From Blasia pusilla (Eukaryota), in the NCBI GenBank assembly GCA_050084515.1, contig CM114271.1:46128001-46192000 (forward strand): 64,000 nt of DNA. Direction: 5' to 3'. Position 1 is the stretch's first letter; each line of letters begins with the position of its first letter. A model generated the notes under the pieces. It was given only the letters and a program-made list of their open reading frames with translations, was not told the DNA's origin and did not search any database. A program made the translations under genes and the position numbers. Below, piece after piece: positions 24,902-38,989 of this stretch.

Positions 24902-26483
24902 CTTGGAACAAGGGATTAATCATGTTTTGTATTTAGCCATGTTTCAGGTTTGAGCTAAGGAACGTTTGGGACACCTCTCGAAGAATCAACCAATATATAT
25001 TTGCTTTGGTTTAGGTGAGGACTTGGGGAGATTGGCAAAGGCTTGGGGAAGACACTTGTTAAGCAGATAGTATGTATCTCGACAGACACAAAACCATTTA
25101 GCGCTTGCCGATTAATTGGCTTGCCTACGGAACACGTGGCCAATTACAATTGTATCTTTAAGACTCAACCCAAAATTTATGATTGCAAAACTCAAGGTTG
25201 GGTTATTTTTACAGACTAGCAACCTAGGATTAGTAGAGGTTTAATTCTACCATGGTTGGGAAAGTGACATAATAGGTAGTTGCACATATGGTCCTTCCAA
25301 ACCATACCATCATATCCCTCTAATATAGTCTTTAAAAAAAGGATGCTAAATGGAAAAATGTCACACACTCTCAAAATAGTATGCCTTATTGTAATATCCA
25401 ATATTCTTGTTGATTTTTTCCTATAAGTAAAGGTAGCCTACTTTATGAAACCTTTAGATCTTGAGTCGATAGTCTCCTCTCAAACAATCACATATCTCAA
25501 TGTATCCCGATATTGTGGAATAACCAAGTTCTCAAATATCATAGGTCTAACTCTCCAAAAAAATCTCTACTTGTTAAGAACATGCTCGCACCCATACATT
25601 GGAATCATCAAGCTTTAACATCTCTCTAGCATCCAAAAGAATTACCATATTTAAATCGAGATCTCGTCCATAGAGAAAAAAATATGGTGAAAATAAAACC
25701 AAGGATGTCTCCAAGCTAAACCTAGAGCCCATTTCCAACAACCTTGAAAATTGTAAGTCACAGTCATGGATTAAGAGGTTGGCATTGGGATTTTGACTCC
25801 ATGCCCAGTCAAAGTAGTTTAGTTTTGGATCCCAATCTTGGACCTAAGGTGAAATATTGAGTTTCGATTGGGTATTTGGTATTGCCAAGCGCACTAGCCC
25901 CATTTAAAGTCCCTAGACTCTTAAGGAAGTTTGTCCCAAGCCTTGAATGGCTTCCTTATGTTGTGGAGTGAGGGCTTAGGTTGGTATTTGATCTCATCTA
26001 GATCTATTGAGCTTTAAGCGAAAGTAGAGATCTAGTTTCAAGAGACCCAAGGTTGGTTAAGCTAAATTATGGCTAATGTGAGTAAGTTTGGGTGTAGGTC
26101 AATAATGAGATAGTGACTTGTTGAACACAAGCTTTTGCAAGATACAAGACCAGGATGTACAACACGTGGATATGTGTTGGTGATGGTTGAGCATTTTTTA
26201 AAGTGAATAGAGTTGGGTGCATTGTTACACAAAGCAAGTGAGGGAGCAACCTATAGATTCCAAGATTGAGTGTTGAGTTAGCATACCGCACCAAAAAGAG
26301 GTGTTTATGGACCAAGGCACGAAGTTTTGTAGGTATTTTTAGGTCTTGTGTGATAAGGAAACAATCGACCATCACATGATGTTGTGAGATCGTCATGAGA
26401 CGGATGGTTGAGAAGAGCGAGTTATCTAAAAAATGAAACGAGGTTTGCATAAGTATGGCTTGCAAGGAGGTCACTAGGAGGAC
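23668..26483. mobile_element. Old relic of the same retrotransposon family: B repeat/PPT/PHD (23668-24180, -), INT C-terminus (25250-25765, -), INT core (26133-26483, +)
   Basis: Similar to copy A 5487-6480 (DGMVWKDHMCN; ccaaaagatctccaat); on + VLVMVEHFLK*IEL and KRGLHKYGLQGGH. Confidence 0.75.
24182..25224. mobile_element. Unrelated ~1 kb insertion (solo-LTR-like) interrupting the relic; contains a long (CT)n tract at ~24830-24897
   Basis: Begins TGTTGC, ends near GCAAC; separates two colinear integrase pieces. No TSD confirmed. Confidence 0.4.
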
Positions 26484-27965
26484 GACCGACATGTGTCTTA
26501 CATCAATCACCCATTCAACCAATAAAAATTAGGAAAAACATAAATGAAAATGAATCGCATCTCTAATTTGTATTACTAGTGAGGACTTGGAAGGGACCGT
26601 GCCATGCACGAATCCCTATTTTATGATAACTCGAATTTATATGTCACTCTCCTCATCTTGACTTGTGGGACTTAAGGGAATAGTGCCACTCGTCAAACGA
26701 ATGAGCAACTTAAAAATAAAACTTCATCCACCAATTAATATATATGTAGACAGATTATTGGAAAATGCCATTTCATTTTGCAATCTCTTAATATTTTTGA
26801 CACAGAACTTCAACTAATAAAATTTTCTGTATCATGAACCATTAGGATTACTCCAAAATTAATTTTAAATGTCATTTGAAAAATACTTACAAAAGATAAT
26901 TCAAATCCGAACACTTTACCGTAATGGCATAAATCCCGTATTATGCACTCGTGCAACATAACACAGCTAATTATTTTAATTTTAAATTTAACTCTTTTGT
27001 TCTGTTAATTTAGTTATTATATAACACGTGTCAAAATATACATGTCACCATGGGAGGAAGGGTCCTGTTTTAATTAATAAAGAAATAAACTGATTACTCC
27101 GAGCACTTTCTGGCGTTGAAGATGGCTGACACGTGTCTCCATCGCAGAAGATTCGGGAAGGACCCGAGAGAGCTCTGCGCTCGAGCTTTCCAGACGGCAA
27201 TGGATCGATTGCGCTTCTCGAGGCCGTCCCAAAGGAAGCTCCGCGTGAAGCTCCCAACCCAAAATTCCATGGAAACAGCACCGATCCATTGCTTCCGCCC
27301 GACCTCGGAGCTTCTGACGCTGCTCCTCAATTAGGAGGAGGAGGGAGGAGCGCGAGAAGGAGGTGTGGCGTGGGATCCGCCGTAGAGCGCGATGTGGGAT
27401 TCAAGCAAGCTATTCGATTTGAGGAGAGTGCGTTGTTTTGAAGGAAGGCTGTGGATCGGTTCCGGGTGCGAGTAGAGTGCGGTTCTCTGGTTACTTCAGG
27501 AGGAGGGATTGCGTGGGATCGGCCGTGGAGCGCGATGTGTGATTCAAGAAGGCCATTCGATTTAAGGAGAGGGTGTCTTTTTTGAAGGAAGGCTGTGGAT
27601 CGGTTTCGGTGTAGAGTAAAGCGCGGTTGTCTGATTCCTTAAGGCGCAGTGGACGTGGAGGGATCGGTGGAGTGACGCGGTGTTCCGGAGCAATCCTGCG
27701 GGGGAGTTGATGCGAAGGATTTCGCTGTCAAAGACTTGAGGATCGGATTATTTTTTTTAAGGGTTTAGGGGGCTTTGCGTTCTGATACAAGGCTGCGGAT
27801 GTGAGCAGAGCGCGGATTTCTGATTCCATCAGGTGGAGTGGACGTGGAGAGATCGGTGGGGTGTCGCCGTGTTTTGGAGTAATTCTGCGGAGGGGTTTCT
27901 GTGAATAATTTCGAGGTTGGAGTTTGGAGGATCGCTGAGGAAGCTGGTTCGGATACTCAGCGCAA

Positions 27966-30900
27966 ATGGATTTTGAACTGAGGCAAGCGAAGGAGAAATG
28001 GGAGCGAGAGCAGAGAGAGAAGAAGGAGAAGGCCAGGGTACGAGCGGAGAAGGAGAAGAAAGCAAAGGAGGAAGCGGCCAAACGGAAGGAGGCGATTGAA
28101 ACTGCGCAGATTGCGCGTCGTCTGGAAGAAGCTGGCGCCACCTTGGATGTGAGAATAGCCTGGGCACGAAGGAATGCATATCCCTTAAGATTACGGGAAG
28201 GATGTGTGAAAGGAACCAGTTGTTTCCCGAAAATTATTTGGACGCTATAATTCTTGGCTGTGTCCTTCGAAAGACGCGATGTGATCCAGCTTGCTCTAGA
28301 ATTAGACGGACATGGATGATGGGACGATCTAATTCATCTTGGGGAGAGTATTTAGGATTGTTTATTTTTTGTCCGGCAAACATACACGGGGTTTTGGCAG
28401 TGGAAATGTTCTCATTTCGAGTGGGACTTCAATGGTTTGTTTCGGTCCTGTTGCCTTGCCTTTTGTTGCCTTCACTATACTATCTGAGACGTTTGGCAGA
28501 GAGCAAATGTGAATTCCTGGAAGATGAATTTTAAGACTGCAGCGTACCTGCTGCCGTAATGAGATAGTTCCTGACACAACTGACCTCAATTGGTAGCGAG
28601 CTATGTTCAGTACTCGTATATGTTTGTACCCGAGAGACCGAAATTACTGTAAAATTGATTTGTTTATCTTCTGCTGCTTCAGCAGTGTTTGGTTTCAGAC
28701 TCTGCAGTCCATGATCGAGTTCTGAGGGGTGGGGTTGAGCTGTATGTTTGTTTGTTCCGTTGCGATATGTCCTCTTTTACTATTGAAAGGATGGGTTACG
28801 CCCATCGATTTGTTCCGTGGCGATATGTTCTCTATTACTACTGAAAGGATGGGTTACGCCCATCGATTACACTCTGGAGTTGTGTTATCCCTTGCGTCCA
28901 AAGAACGAATTGGATTACTGAAGCTTGAGCTAAGAATGGCCTAGAGTTTCTGTTAGCATTTCAATTTATTTGGAAGTCAATATCAACTTGGCGTGTGGAC
29001 ATGAAATGTGATTATGGTATAATGTCATTGTTCAGGCTCAGCAGCGGCAGGAGGAAGCTATGTGGTTGGGAGATGGCGTAGTCTTTGATAAGGAACTATT
29101 TGCAGTACGGGTTGAAGGTATTGGGGATAAGATTAGGCTGCCAGCATCTGCCTTTGCCGAGCTCCAATCTCAAAATGCAATTGATAAAGGGCCAATGTTT
29201 TTCAAGATATCTGCTTTATCCGGGGATAAAAGCGGGGATGCAACAAATGATTCATCAGGTAAGACCTCGTTAACTATGGTCTTTCTAATGTGATGAAAAT
29301 ACTCTCTGTTAGGTTCTGTCTCATGGTATGTATCTGGACTTTTGTTCAATTATATTTTTCTGGTCAAGTTCTGTCTGCACCCATAGGACCGAGTCTCCCA
29401 TCATATAGATAAGTGTCTCTGAAAATAAGCTCAAGTTCTGATTGGTAATCTTTTTGATTGTTTGTTCTCTTGTTCTCTCCTTGATGCCATTTCTTTGCTA
29501 AGGTTAGTATTTTGTATCTCCTGGTCTGCTCATCTATCAAATGATTCATTAGTTGGTTGTAGGTCCTCCTAAGATGTAGAAAGGTGACAGGATTGAATGT
29601 TGCCGAACTCAGTTTGTCAATGGTATGATGTTAGTTCAGATTTTTTTCAAAAAGTTTCAATGGGGGAAGGGGTTGGAAACTTCGCATATTACCAGCGCAT
29701 CAGTTTCCTGTAGAATTTTGCGAGCTAATGCATGGAGGAGTGTATAATCTTGCACTTATATTCTGTCTTTCAGCAGGGGACGATGCTATGGAAACAGATC
29801 TGCAAGAACCAAAGTCCACACATTCAGGGGTTCTAGAGTTTACCGCTCGGGAAGGTGAAGTGGAGATGCCACCCCATGTGTGGGACAATACTGGGCTTTC
29901 TGAAGTTCCGTTAGCTGGCCGGACTAAAGTTAATGTTTGCTATGTGAGGCTACCCAAAGGGACTTATGCGAAGCTTCGCCCAGAGAATGCAGATTTTGTG
30001 GACGTCCAAAATCATAAGGCAGTTCTTGAGACTAAGTTAAGACAGCATGCGACTCTGTCAGTAGGTGATCTCCTCACTGTCCAGCATGGAGGTGTAGATT
30101 ATGGTTTGAGAGTGATGGAACTCAAACCAGCCTCAAGTGTTTCTGTGCTCGAGACGGACTTGGAAGCAGACATAGTTAGATCTGTTGATGAAAGTGAGGT
30201 TGGAACTTCAGCACATAGGAGACTACTTCCTCTTGAACTTGAGAAGGTTCAAAAAGACCAAGTATCTGAAGGAGAGTACAGATACTACAAATTTACCATA
30301 GACGAAGCCCTAGGAAAATCAATTACTGCAGGCGAATTGAGTGTCTTGGTTCACTTGGATGTTGAAGATTCTCGGGGTAGTACTGATGCAGACATTTATG
30401 TTGGGGCCCACCCTTTGGCGTTCCCAACCCAACACAACCACGAATGGTCGTCACATGATAAAGGTTCAAAGGTTATTGTTTTGTCTTCTGGTCGACCAGT
30501 TGGTGCTGGGTCTTACAGCATTGGAGTACATGGATTTGCGGGTACCACAAAGTTCCAGCTACTTGTGGATGTAAAACGCTCTGTGGGTCAAGGATCTTCT
30601 GGCAACAAGGTTGGGAGTAGTTTAGTAGATAGAGGATCGGGGGTCACCACTTCTTCCGGATCAAGTTCTACGGAAGATGGGTTCGGGAAGTGTGACAATT
30701 GTGCCCAATTGGTACCTCTTAGAACATTTGCTTTGCATGAAGCATATTGTCGCAGGCATAATGTGGTATGTAAATATCCAAACTGTGGAATTGTCTTAAG
30801 AAGGGATGAGATGGAAAAGCATGAGCATTGCGAGAAGTGTGGACAAGCTTTCCAGAAAGAAGACTTGGCCAAGCATGTGAAGGTCTTTCATGAGCCTCTA

Positions 30901-31949
30901 CAATGCACTTGTGGAGTGGTACTAGAGATGGAGAAAATGGTAAGTCTGGAATTCTTCAATCATTGTAAAAGAGTTTGTTTTGATACTAAGCACTGTGAGT
31001 GTCACTAGCTGTAAGATTTTGAATTTAGGCATCTTTTCTGTGTGGTTTTGGAGATCAATTAGAGACATTGTGGAGTTTGAAAGTTTGTTCCTATTGGTTT
31101 TGTAATGTTGTTGTGACATGATGTGCCTTTTTTTTTTCGTTATGTGTTATGATGTAAAATTAGCCACTGTCCTACCAACGTCTTGTTCCCTCAGAGATGT
31201 TGTCTATGAAGTCAAAACTAGAGGCCATGTCCATCTTATCTGGCTTGTCAATTCTTTTGATGTTCAGTGGTAAGTCTCATTTCAAGGTAGGTGGTCACAA
31301 TTTGAATCACAAGTTCCTGTGTAGCATGGTACTTAAAGTGAACTCTTTTATGCAGGTAACTCACAGGAGCACTGTTTGCCCTCATCGTCAAATCACCTGT
31401 CGATTCTGTGGAGATATGGTCCAAGCAGGCTCAGAAGCTGACAATGTAAGAGACCGCATGCGAGGTCTGACCCAACATGAGAGCTCCTGTGGTTCACGCA
31501 CTGCTCCTTGTGACACTTGTAGTCGTGCAATCATGCTTAAAGAAATGGATCTTCACATGGCTGCTGCGCATGGTGGTGCTTCTCAATCAGCAGAGGTTCC
31601 CACGTCTAATATTCCATCGTCAGGGTTACCAGTGCAGTTTAGGAATGATGGTGGAACTGTTCCTCCTTCCACACCAACTGTGCAGATTAGAAGTATTGAA
31701 TGCCCCATATGTAGTAAACAATTCCCAGGGAATGCAACTTGGCAACTTAATCAGCATATAGATTCAGAGCACTTGAGTTCCTCTGAAGAGACAGCGCCTA
31801 CACACTTAGATAATCCTGTGGTAGAAGCACCAGGGTATGATTTTCCTCCATCTACTCCAAGGAGAACTCTATCAGTAGCATGCCCAATTTGTGGGATGGC
31901 AGTTCACAGTGAGCGTGATTTGAGCTCTCACATTGATATGGTTCATTAA
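27966..31949 (+). CDS. UFD1-family protein with C-terminal TRAF-type/C2H2 zinc fingers; exons 27966-28148, 29036-29258, 29774-30939, 31356-31949
   Basis: MDFELRQAKEKWERE start, GDKIRLPASAF, THSGVLEFTAREG, HKAVLETKLRQHATLSVGD (UFD1), Cys/His fingers; splice phases consistent. Confidence 0.9.
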
Positions 31950-33399
31950 TCACATGCAACATTGTCTAATTATTCTAGGGCATGATGAGAGATTGGTCTG
32001 ACTACTTGGGAGCAATTGCTTGTTTGTTTTTCATAAGAAGTATACATGAAGTTCAAATTTCGTTTGGGCCTTTTGAGGGTACATGACTCGGGTCTTCCAA
32101 AAGTTGTGGATCCAGGAAGAAACTTCAGCTTTTCGTTACTCAAGTGTACTTGCAAGCTTCGGGGGAAATCACCTTGTAGTTGGCAGGAAGGAAAGAAGTG
32201 TGGCGGTGGGGTGTAAGCAAGTTTCATGGGAAATCTATGGATTACGAAAATGTTAATGGAAGTGCAAAGAAAAAGTCTCCAAGGTAACAATTGATGGGAG
32301 TCGTGTTAAGGGCCCATGGGTCACACTTGAAGCTACAAATAAAGAGGAAAAGTGGGAAGTTTATTTGTGAACATTTTAACAAATACTATCTACCCAACTT
32401 TGAAAGAGATTGGCACAATACCAATGCTTCCACGACTGCCAAATGTGACCTATCATTTGCTAGTGTACAACCTATGCCCCGTATACTAATCAGGCCTTGA
32501 ATTTTAATCTATTTAAAGTTAACAAAGAGATTTTGTCTTACTCTCTTGATAGTATTATGTTGTGGAAGCTTGCTTTAACTCTTGCTCTCATTATTGACCT
32601 CCATCCAACCAGATTCATACTAGCTATGGATTGGGTTAACCAACATTACATCTCCGCAATTTGTGTTTCAAAACATATCTCAAACTCAACAAATCTAGAT
32701 AGGATCACATTATCATAACCAGTCGGCGTGTTTGGATATGGATCAATAATAAAAGTGTGGCTTATTAGACATGAGCTTTTGAAATACACAAGCCTGACGC
32801 TGAAGAGAGTAGATGCACGACATAAGCACCTCACACTAGTCATGGTTTGGGTCAACCAATCCGTAGCCTTGCAATCTCAACCATCCTAGATATGGTCAGA
32901 TATCGTTCTTGACGCACTCTTTCCAACATAGGCAAATCATTCGAAACATGAAACAAACTTTTTGCATAATCTAGGGACATGGAATGACTAACGTACTTGG
33001 TGGTCCCAATTGTCCAATGGACCTTGAAGGAGTGGGGTTTAGGTTCCAAACTCCCTTGGAGATCCTCCCCTCTACACATGGTTCTAGAGAACTTAACCCC
33101 TTCCTTTATCCAGGGAATTCCTCTTGGGTCACTCATAGTAGCTCGTTACCCAAAGTGTCATTCCGATAATTAGGGGCTCATTGCAAGATATTTGCTTATG
33201 TATTTGTTTGAATCTTTGGTGCATTAGAGGAGTCTTCTCATAAGCTTCCCAACACCATCTCATCCATTCCAAATGCATATGGAAGTCCCAATGGATCTTG
33301 ATCTTGAACGTGTCTCTAAACGGAACTCAATATTTAAGCCTCGGATAAAGCTCCAAGATGAGTATCCAAAAATAAAGTCTATTGGGCCTTAAAATAGAG

Positions 33400-33572
33400 A
33401 AGTTACCCACAACGATGAGTTACTCAAAATAGCTCCAAATGAGCTTAAAAGAGGGGGCAACATGCACACGCATATCACCCTACTCCTCAACAAGTCATCC
33501 TCAACTTTATGAGATCGACATGTGACCTTTCCACATACGTCGCACAATTGTTCCGTAACAAAAGATGTAACA
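33400..33572. repeat. Degenerate fragment of the family's A repeat
   Basis: agctccaaatgagc..aagaggggg..cctcaacaagtcatcctc resembles 14831-14905; ends GTAACA. Confidence 0.5.
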
Positions 33573-34384
33573 ACTATAATATTCATGTGTAAAATCGGAG
33601 GAATTGGGTAAGAAGATGAAGCTCAATATCTTGTGGTTCAAAATGCATTTGGGGATCATTGTGGCGGTAAATATTTCAGAGAATAAAATCCTCCATCCTA
33701 ATCATAGGCAGTCTGTAGATGAAGAAGAAATTAGAGGACGAAGAGTCTAGTATAGGACTCCGCTAGTAGGAAGCAAAGCATCCACTACATATTGTTAGGG
33801 GAGAGGGACGACTATAGATTATTATGAGAGTTGAAATTCAATTACTCAAGTTGTATGTCGACTATGCATAGAAAAATCGTATACATTCCAAATTGGAGAC
33901 GTTATACTTAAGAACTCAAAATATCAAAGGATATTTCCAAGCAAAAAATGAAGAAACTGTTGTAGATTTTTGAGAATAGTCTGATACATACATTCCGGCT
34001 TTAAGTCATGAAGCAACTCACCAATATGTATTGACGATTGTCTTGTTGCCATCCATGACCTTCTTTCCCAATTGTGCCACCATTGCTTTTGTATTGCCAC
34101 CAAGAAAATGAACTTTTGTGGGATGATAAAGGGTTGGGGGATATGGTCATTAAGGGCCTACTCTTCCTAGCTATTGTTCTGATATCATAACGGAAACAAA
34201 TTAGATCATAATGATTCCAAAAAATCAACCGAAAAATAGTTAAATTAGACAACTCTTGGTAAAAAAAAAGAGGAAACTCTTAAAGTCAAACACCAAAACA
34301 GGCCAAACGCAATACCCAACAAAAAGAAATACGTGACATGAATCAAAGAAAATGGGGAACCCATTAGAAGTACAAAGAGGGATG

Positions 34385-35003
34385 TGTCGTGCGCATACAT
34401 ATCGCTACACAACATACATCGCTGGTCACATCTACACCACACAACACCGATCTTCCCCACACACGGGTAGATCCACACATGTACAGAAATCAACTCATAC
34501 ATATACATGGAGATCACACAACAAAAAATAAAGAATAGTAAAAATGGCACACCCGGCCTATAACTCCACTCCTCAATCTACATCGGCATATCGAGCCTCG
34601 TCCACCCTGCGCTATCAAAGAATCCGGACGCTAGCACCCTAATCCTATCTTATACACATACAAGAGAGGTGCTCCAACGGCCCAACATGAGAAAGATGGC
34701 TTGGGAAAGCCATCTTCCTCCCTTACATAGGGTTCGGAAGAGCCAAAAGGCTCTTCACCTAAAAATAGCTATCCTCTTAGTAACCTACGCGCACAGGTTA
34801 CCAGGGCCGGGTGACTTGGTCAACAAGTCACCCGGCTGTGAAAGACCTCAACAAGAAAGTTATCAGAAATGAAATTCCTGATACAACGGACCTATCTTCA
34901 ACCTCATCCGACATCGTGGGACAAAGTTACACTCAAGATAGTCCGATGGCTTCTACGTCGTATCCACGATAGATCTCGGCCTATCGGCTACTCAGATGTG
35001 ACA
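34385..35003 (-). mobile_element. Solo A+B terminal unit of a related subfamily
   Basis: Starts tgtcgtgcgcatacatatcgctacacaacatacat (B end), ends gtgaca (A start), 619 bp versus 645 bp for A2+B2; flanks GATG/GATA. Confidence 0.65.
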
Positions 35004-36043
35004 GATAACTCATAGAGTCTAAGGCCACACCTAGCCGGGAAGAAAGAAGCCGGGCCCTACTAAAACACGTAACACAAATCATTAGAGGAAGGAGTAAAGG
35101 AAGTCAAACATCAAACACAATCTATATTATTATTGGGGAGTGCCTTCTTGATTTGCAAACACATGTTCTTTTTTGAGTTAGTCCTTTCACTCTCATGCAT
35201 GGCATGAGTTGCACACTAGTCCCATATGACCCAAAGTCTAAAAAACACCCAACTCATGACAGTAAGAAAAATAATTACTATAAACCACCAAAGCCCTTCA
35301 TGCAAAAGAAACAACTCTCCTTTTGGTGGTTGATTTTTACAATTGACTTAAATAGTACGCTAATCTTTACATGCTTTTCCCATGTGAAGATTACTAGCAT
35401 AAATTCTACCCAATTAAGAAATAAAGTGTACAACACGGGAAGGGACTAATTCAAAAAAAATTCCCAGGTTCCGCGTGGCAAGCAAATCGACAAGGCACCT
35501 TCCAATTAAAACCCTAATCTTTACATGCGAAGATTATCTAACGTAAATTCTACCAAATACCCAACTAAGAAATAAAGGTCACGTAGTCGACGACCAAGCC
35601 CTATCACTCGAAACGGAAGCTCAAAGCCATATTGTGAAGTGCCAAGTTTCGTATGTGGAAGTGATACCCCAAAACTTGCACTTCACAACCCAAAACCAAG
35701 AGCCCAGCAGAGATGCCCGCACCCCACCACCATGAAGTCCCTAGCTAGCCCACATAAAAAGCCTGAGGTGAAGGAGTGAGAAAGCATGGGCCAGAAAACG
35801 AGTGAAAGTGTGAGAAACTTGGGCTGTTTCTCTTTAGATCTTCTTAACAGAGTTATGTTTGGCTGCAATTCTCCTTCAAAGGACACTGTCCGAGTTCTCA
35901 ATTGATTCGCACCTGCCCAACAACCGACACCCATCAATTCTCACTGTTCGCTGGCCCCCAAGGACTCGAGAGCACAACAGGATTGTGTGTGTGTGTGTGA
36001 GAGAGAGTTGTAGAGAGACTGTACTCATTAAGCAGTGCCTGTC

Positions 36044-36088
<45 letters not shown>

Positions 36089-36093
<5 letters not shown>

Positions 36094-38989
36094 CATAGAT
36101 AGGAATACATCCGCACACGAAGATGATGATGATGATGAAGATGAAAACAGCAAGCGAATTCCGAAGGATGTACAAAACAATGTGCTGCGAAGTTCGGTGA
36201 AGCTGGAAGGGGAAGCGGAGGGAGTAGTAGGCTACGAGTTTAACAGGGGATTGGACTACAACTCTCTGCTGCATTCGTTTCAGTATACAGGATTCCAGGC
36301 CTTGAATTTGGGCAAGGCCATCGAGCAAGTCAATTGCATGGTACGTCGCCTACACGTTTGAATTTCCAGCAGTTGGGGTGGGCTTTTCGTAATCACCAGT
36401 CCCGATTTCCAATATCAGCTCCAGTCGAAAGAATTTACGCTTTCAGAGAGTCAGTGATTCGTGCTCTGGCTTTCCGAGTCAGTCAGTACCCACTCATTGA
36501 GCATCACGTTGTAGAAGTGTCACTAGATCAGGATTTGGCTCCGCCTCAACATGTGATTTCAGTGATTCATGCTCTATTTTCGTTTCTGCCACTGGTGAAT
36601 CTGGAGATGGAGGCTCCAGGAGTATCATAGAGAGCCACAAAAGTTGACTGAATGCCTTTTAGGGGATCGATATTCGTTGCGCATCACTTGTTGGGACTGC
36701 CGTAGATGAGGGTTTTGCTCTACCTAAATATGTGATGTCCTGGTTCAGCTTGATTGGAGGTTGAGCGATGACCCGATAGATGAGGATAGCCGTGATGAAT
36801 ACCAAGACCCAGAATTTAGAAAGTCTTGCAAGTGCAAGATTTTTCTAGGGTACACGTCGAATCTCATCTCTTCTGGAGTCAGAGAGACCATCAGATTTTT
36901 GGTGGAACATAATATGGTGCGTACCACAAGACTCTAATTTCCTCCTCGAGATGTGTCAAGTTTACTTCACTTACTATGGATCTGACCTCTGTAAATGTTA
37001 TAGACCCAAGTGAAGAAATTGTGGATGTGTAAGATGAGGGGGAAAAGCTTAGTGGTAGGGATAAGGGGGTCCCTTTTCTAATACATTAAAGCTTTTACTA
37101 AGCTTGAATACTTCGGTTCTAGTGGCCCTATTCCACGCTTAGTCTACTTGCCTTTGCACCACATATTGCATAAACGATGGCTTGGAAGGATACTCGTTCC
37201 TGAGCGGTGGCAGTGGGGTGCGGATACAGGTGCAGTGCGTGGTAACAACAGCGGGAGGTATTGAGGAGGATCTTATCAAATGTCTTGCAAGTACATTTGT
37301 GGGCGACTTTTCGTTATCTGGAGTTACGCTACGATCACAAGGATTGAATCGCATAGGGAATCTCCTTGTTCCCAATGATAACTACTGCAAGTTTGAAGAC
37401 TGGGTCATGCCAATCCTTGACCAGCTTTTAGTTGAGCAAAAGGAGCAGGTATGCTTGTTTGGTTGTGTGGAAACTCAGCTAACAGAATTCACACTGTGGT
37501 TGTAGCCTTTTTGAAAGCCTTCTATGATCAGGAGTTATTTTGGTTGTTTGCATTTATACCGATATATGAATGGAGGGATTCTCTTCTTCTGCGTGGCTTC
37601 TCTCAACTCGTTGAAATTCTTTCTGGATATGTAGAGAATGAACTTTCCAATTATCTTTTCAAAGAGGCTGCTGATCTCAGGCTTCAACGTATTGTGGTGA
37701 GAAGGGTACGTCATGGACTCCATCAAAGGTTATCGCCAGACTTGGGAAAGAGATAAATAATCAGAGCTCCATTTGTTACTGGGCTCAAAAGGTTTGTTCC
37801 GTCTTTTCAAACCATTGTCTTGAGAGGAGGTGCATCCATGTGGTCCTAGGCTTTGGTGAATTGTGTAAAACCCAGAGGATAGTGAGTATATTTGTCATAG
37901 ATTTGGAGCAGAGTCTTCCTGTGGAGTGCAAAAGTAGATTCTCTTAGAGGTGTGGAAAGACATTGGAGGTATTGCTCAAATTTAAAATCATGTTCTTTTG
38001 TTATCCACAGAATGAGATTCCGATATACTGCCCTGCTCTCACGGATGGCTCTTTGGGAGATATGTTATATTTTCATTCATATCGAAACCCGGGTCTTGTT
38101 ATAGATATTGTGCAAGGTAAGGCTTTTGCCCTCGTTTTTCACCTCAGTGCAAAGTCAATCGTCATTAGATGTGTGCATTTAAACCATGCTTTCTCTAAAC
38201 TGTAATAAATCAAAGCCATATGTCTTTGGTTTGCTGTTGTGTTGTGGTTCTTTGTTAGTGGCCAGTGAAATGCCACCTTCATTTAAGTGCTGAATTGTTG
38301 TGGACATTTAATGGGATTGACTCAACGATAAAGCTGGATCCTGCAGACATCAGGGCGATGAACAACCAAGCAGTGCATGCTAAGCCCAGCAAGACGGGGA
38401 TCATTGTGCTAGGAGGTGGTCTGCCTAAACACCACATTTGCAATGCCAACATGATGCGAAATGGGGCTGATTTTGCGGTTTTCATAAACACTGCTCAGGA
38501 GTTTGATGGCAGTGATTCAGGAGCTCGCCCAGATGAAGCCATATCTTGGGGAAAAATCAGGGGTGATGCCAAACCTGTGAAGGTTTGTTCCAATATCTTT
38601 ATTAGGTGATCATGATCTCCAGATTACAAGATGCAATGTCTGCCACCTTGATCGTTCATTTTTCTGGGATCGGCTTTTACTGTGACCGTGGCATTCTGAG
38701 CGTCTTGCTCACTCAGACTGTAGACTTTTGTGTAGCATAACTTCCACATCTGGTCTTACAACAGTTTTCAGATCCCCGTGAGAACCTCACTTTCATCAAT
38801 TTTCCAAATAGTTTCTTAGCAGATAAGACCGGAATCAGTCACTTGTTCATGACACCTGCCCATCAGAGATTGATTGATTGGTCTTGTTGGCGCATGCAGG
38901 TGCACTGCGACGCAACGATAGCCTTTCCACTTTTAGTTGCTCAAACTTTTGCCAAACGGTTCCACTCCACTGGTGGACAACAACAATAG
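36089..38989 (+). CDS. DHS: Deoxyhypusine synthase; exons 36089-36340, 36749-36916, 37230-37448, 37705-37791, 38011-38116, 38347-38582, 38900-38989
   Basis: [85 protein letters not shown]; phases close correctly. (AG)n directly before the ATG. Confidence 0.96.
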
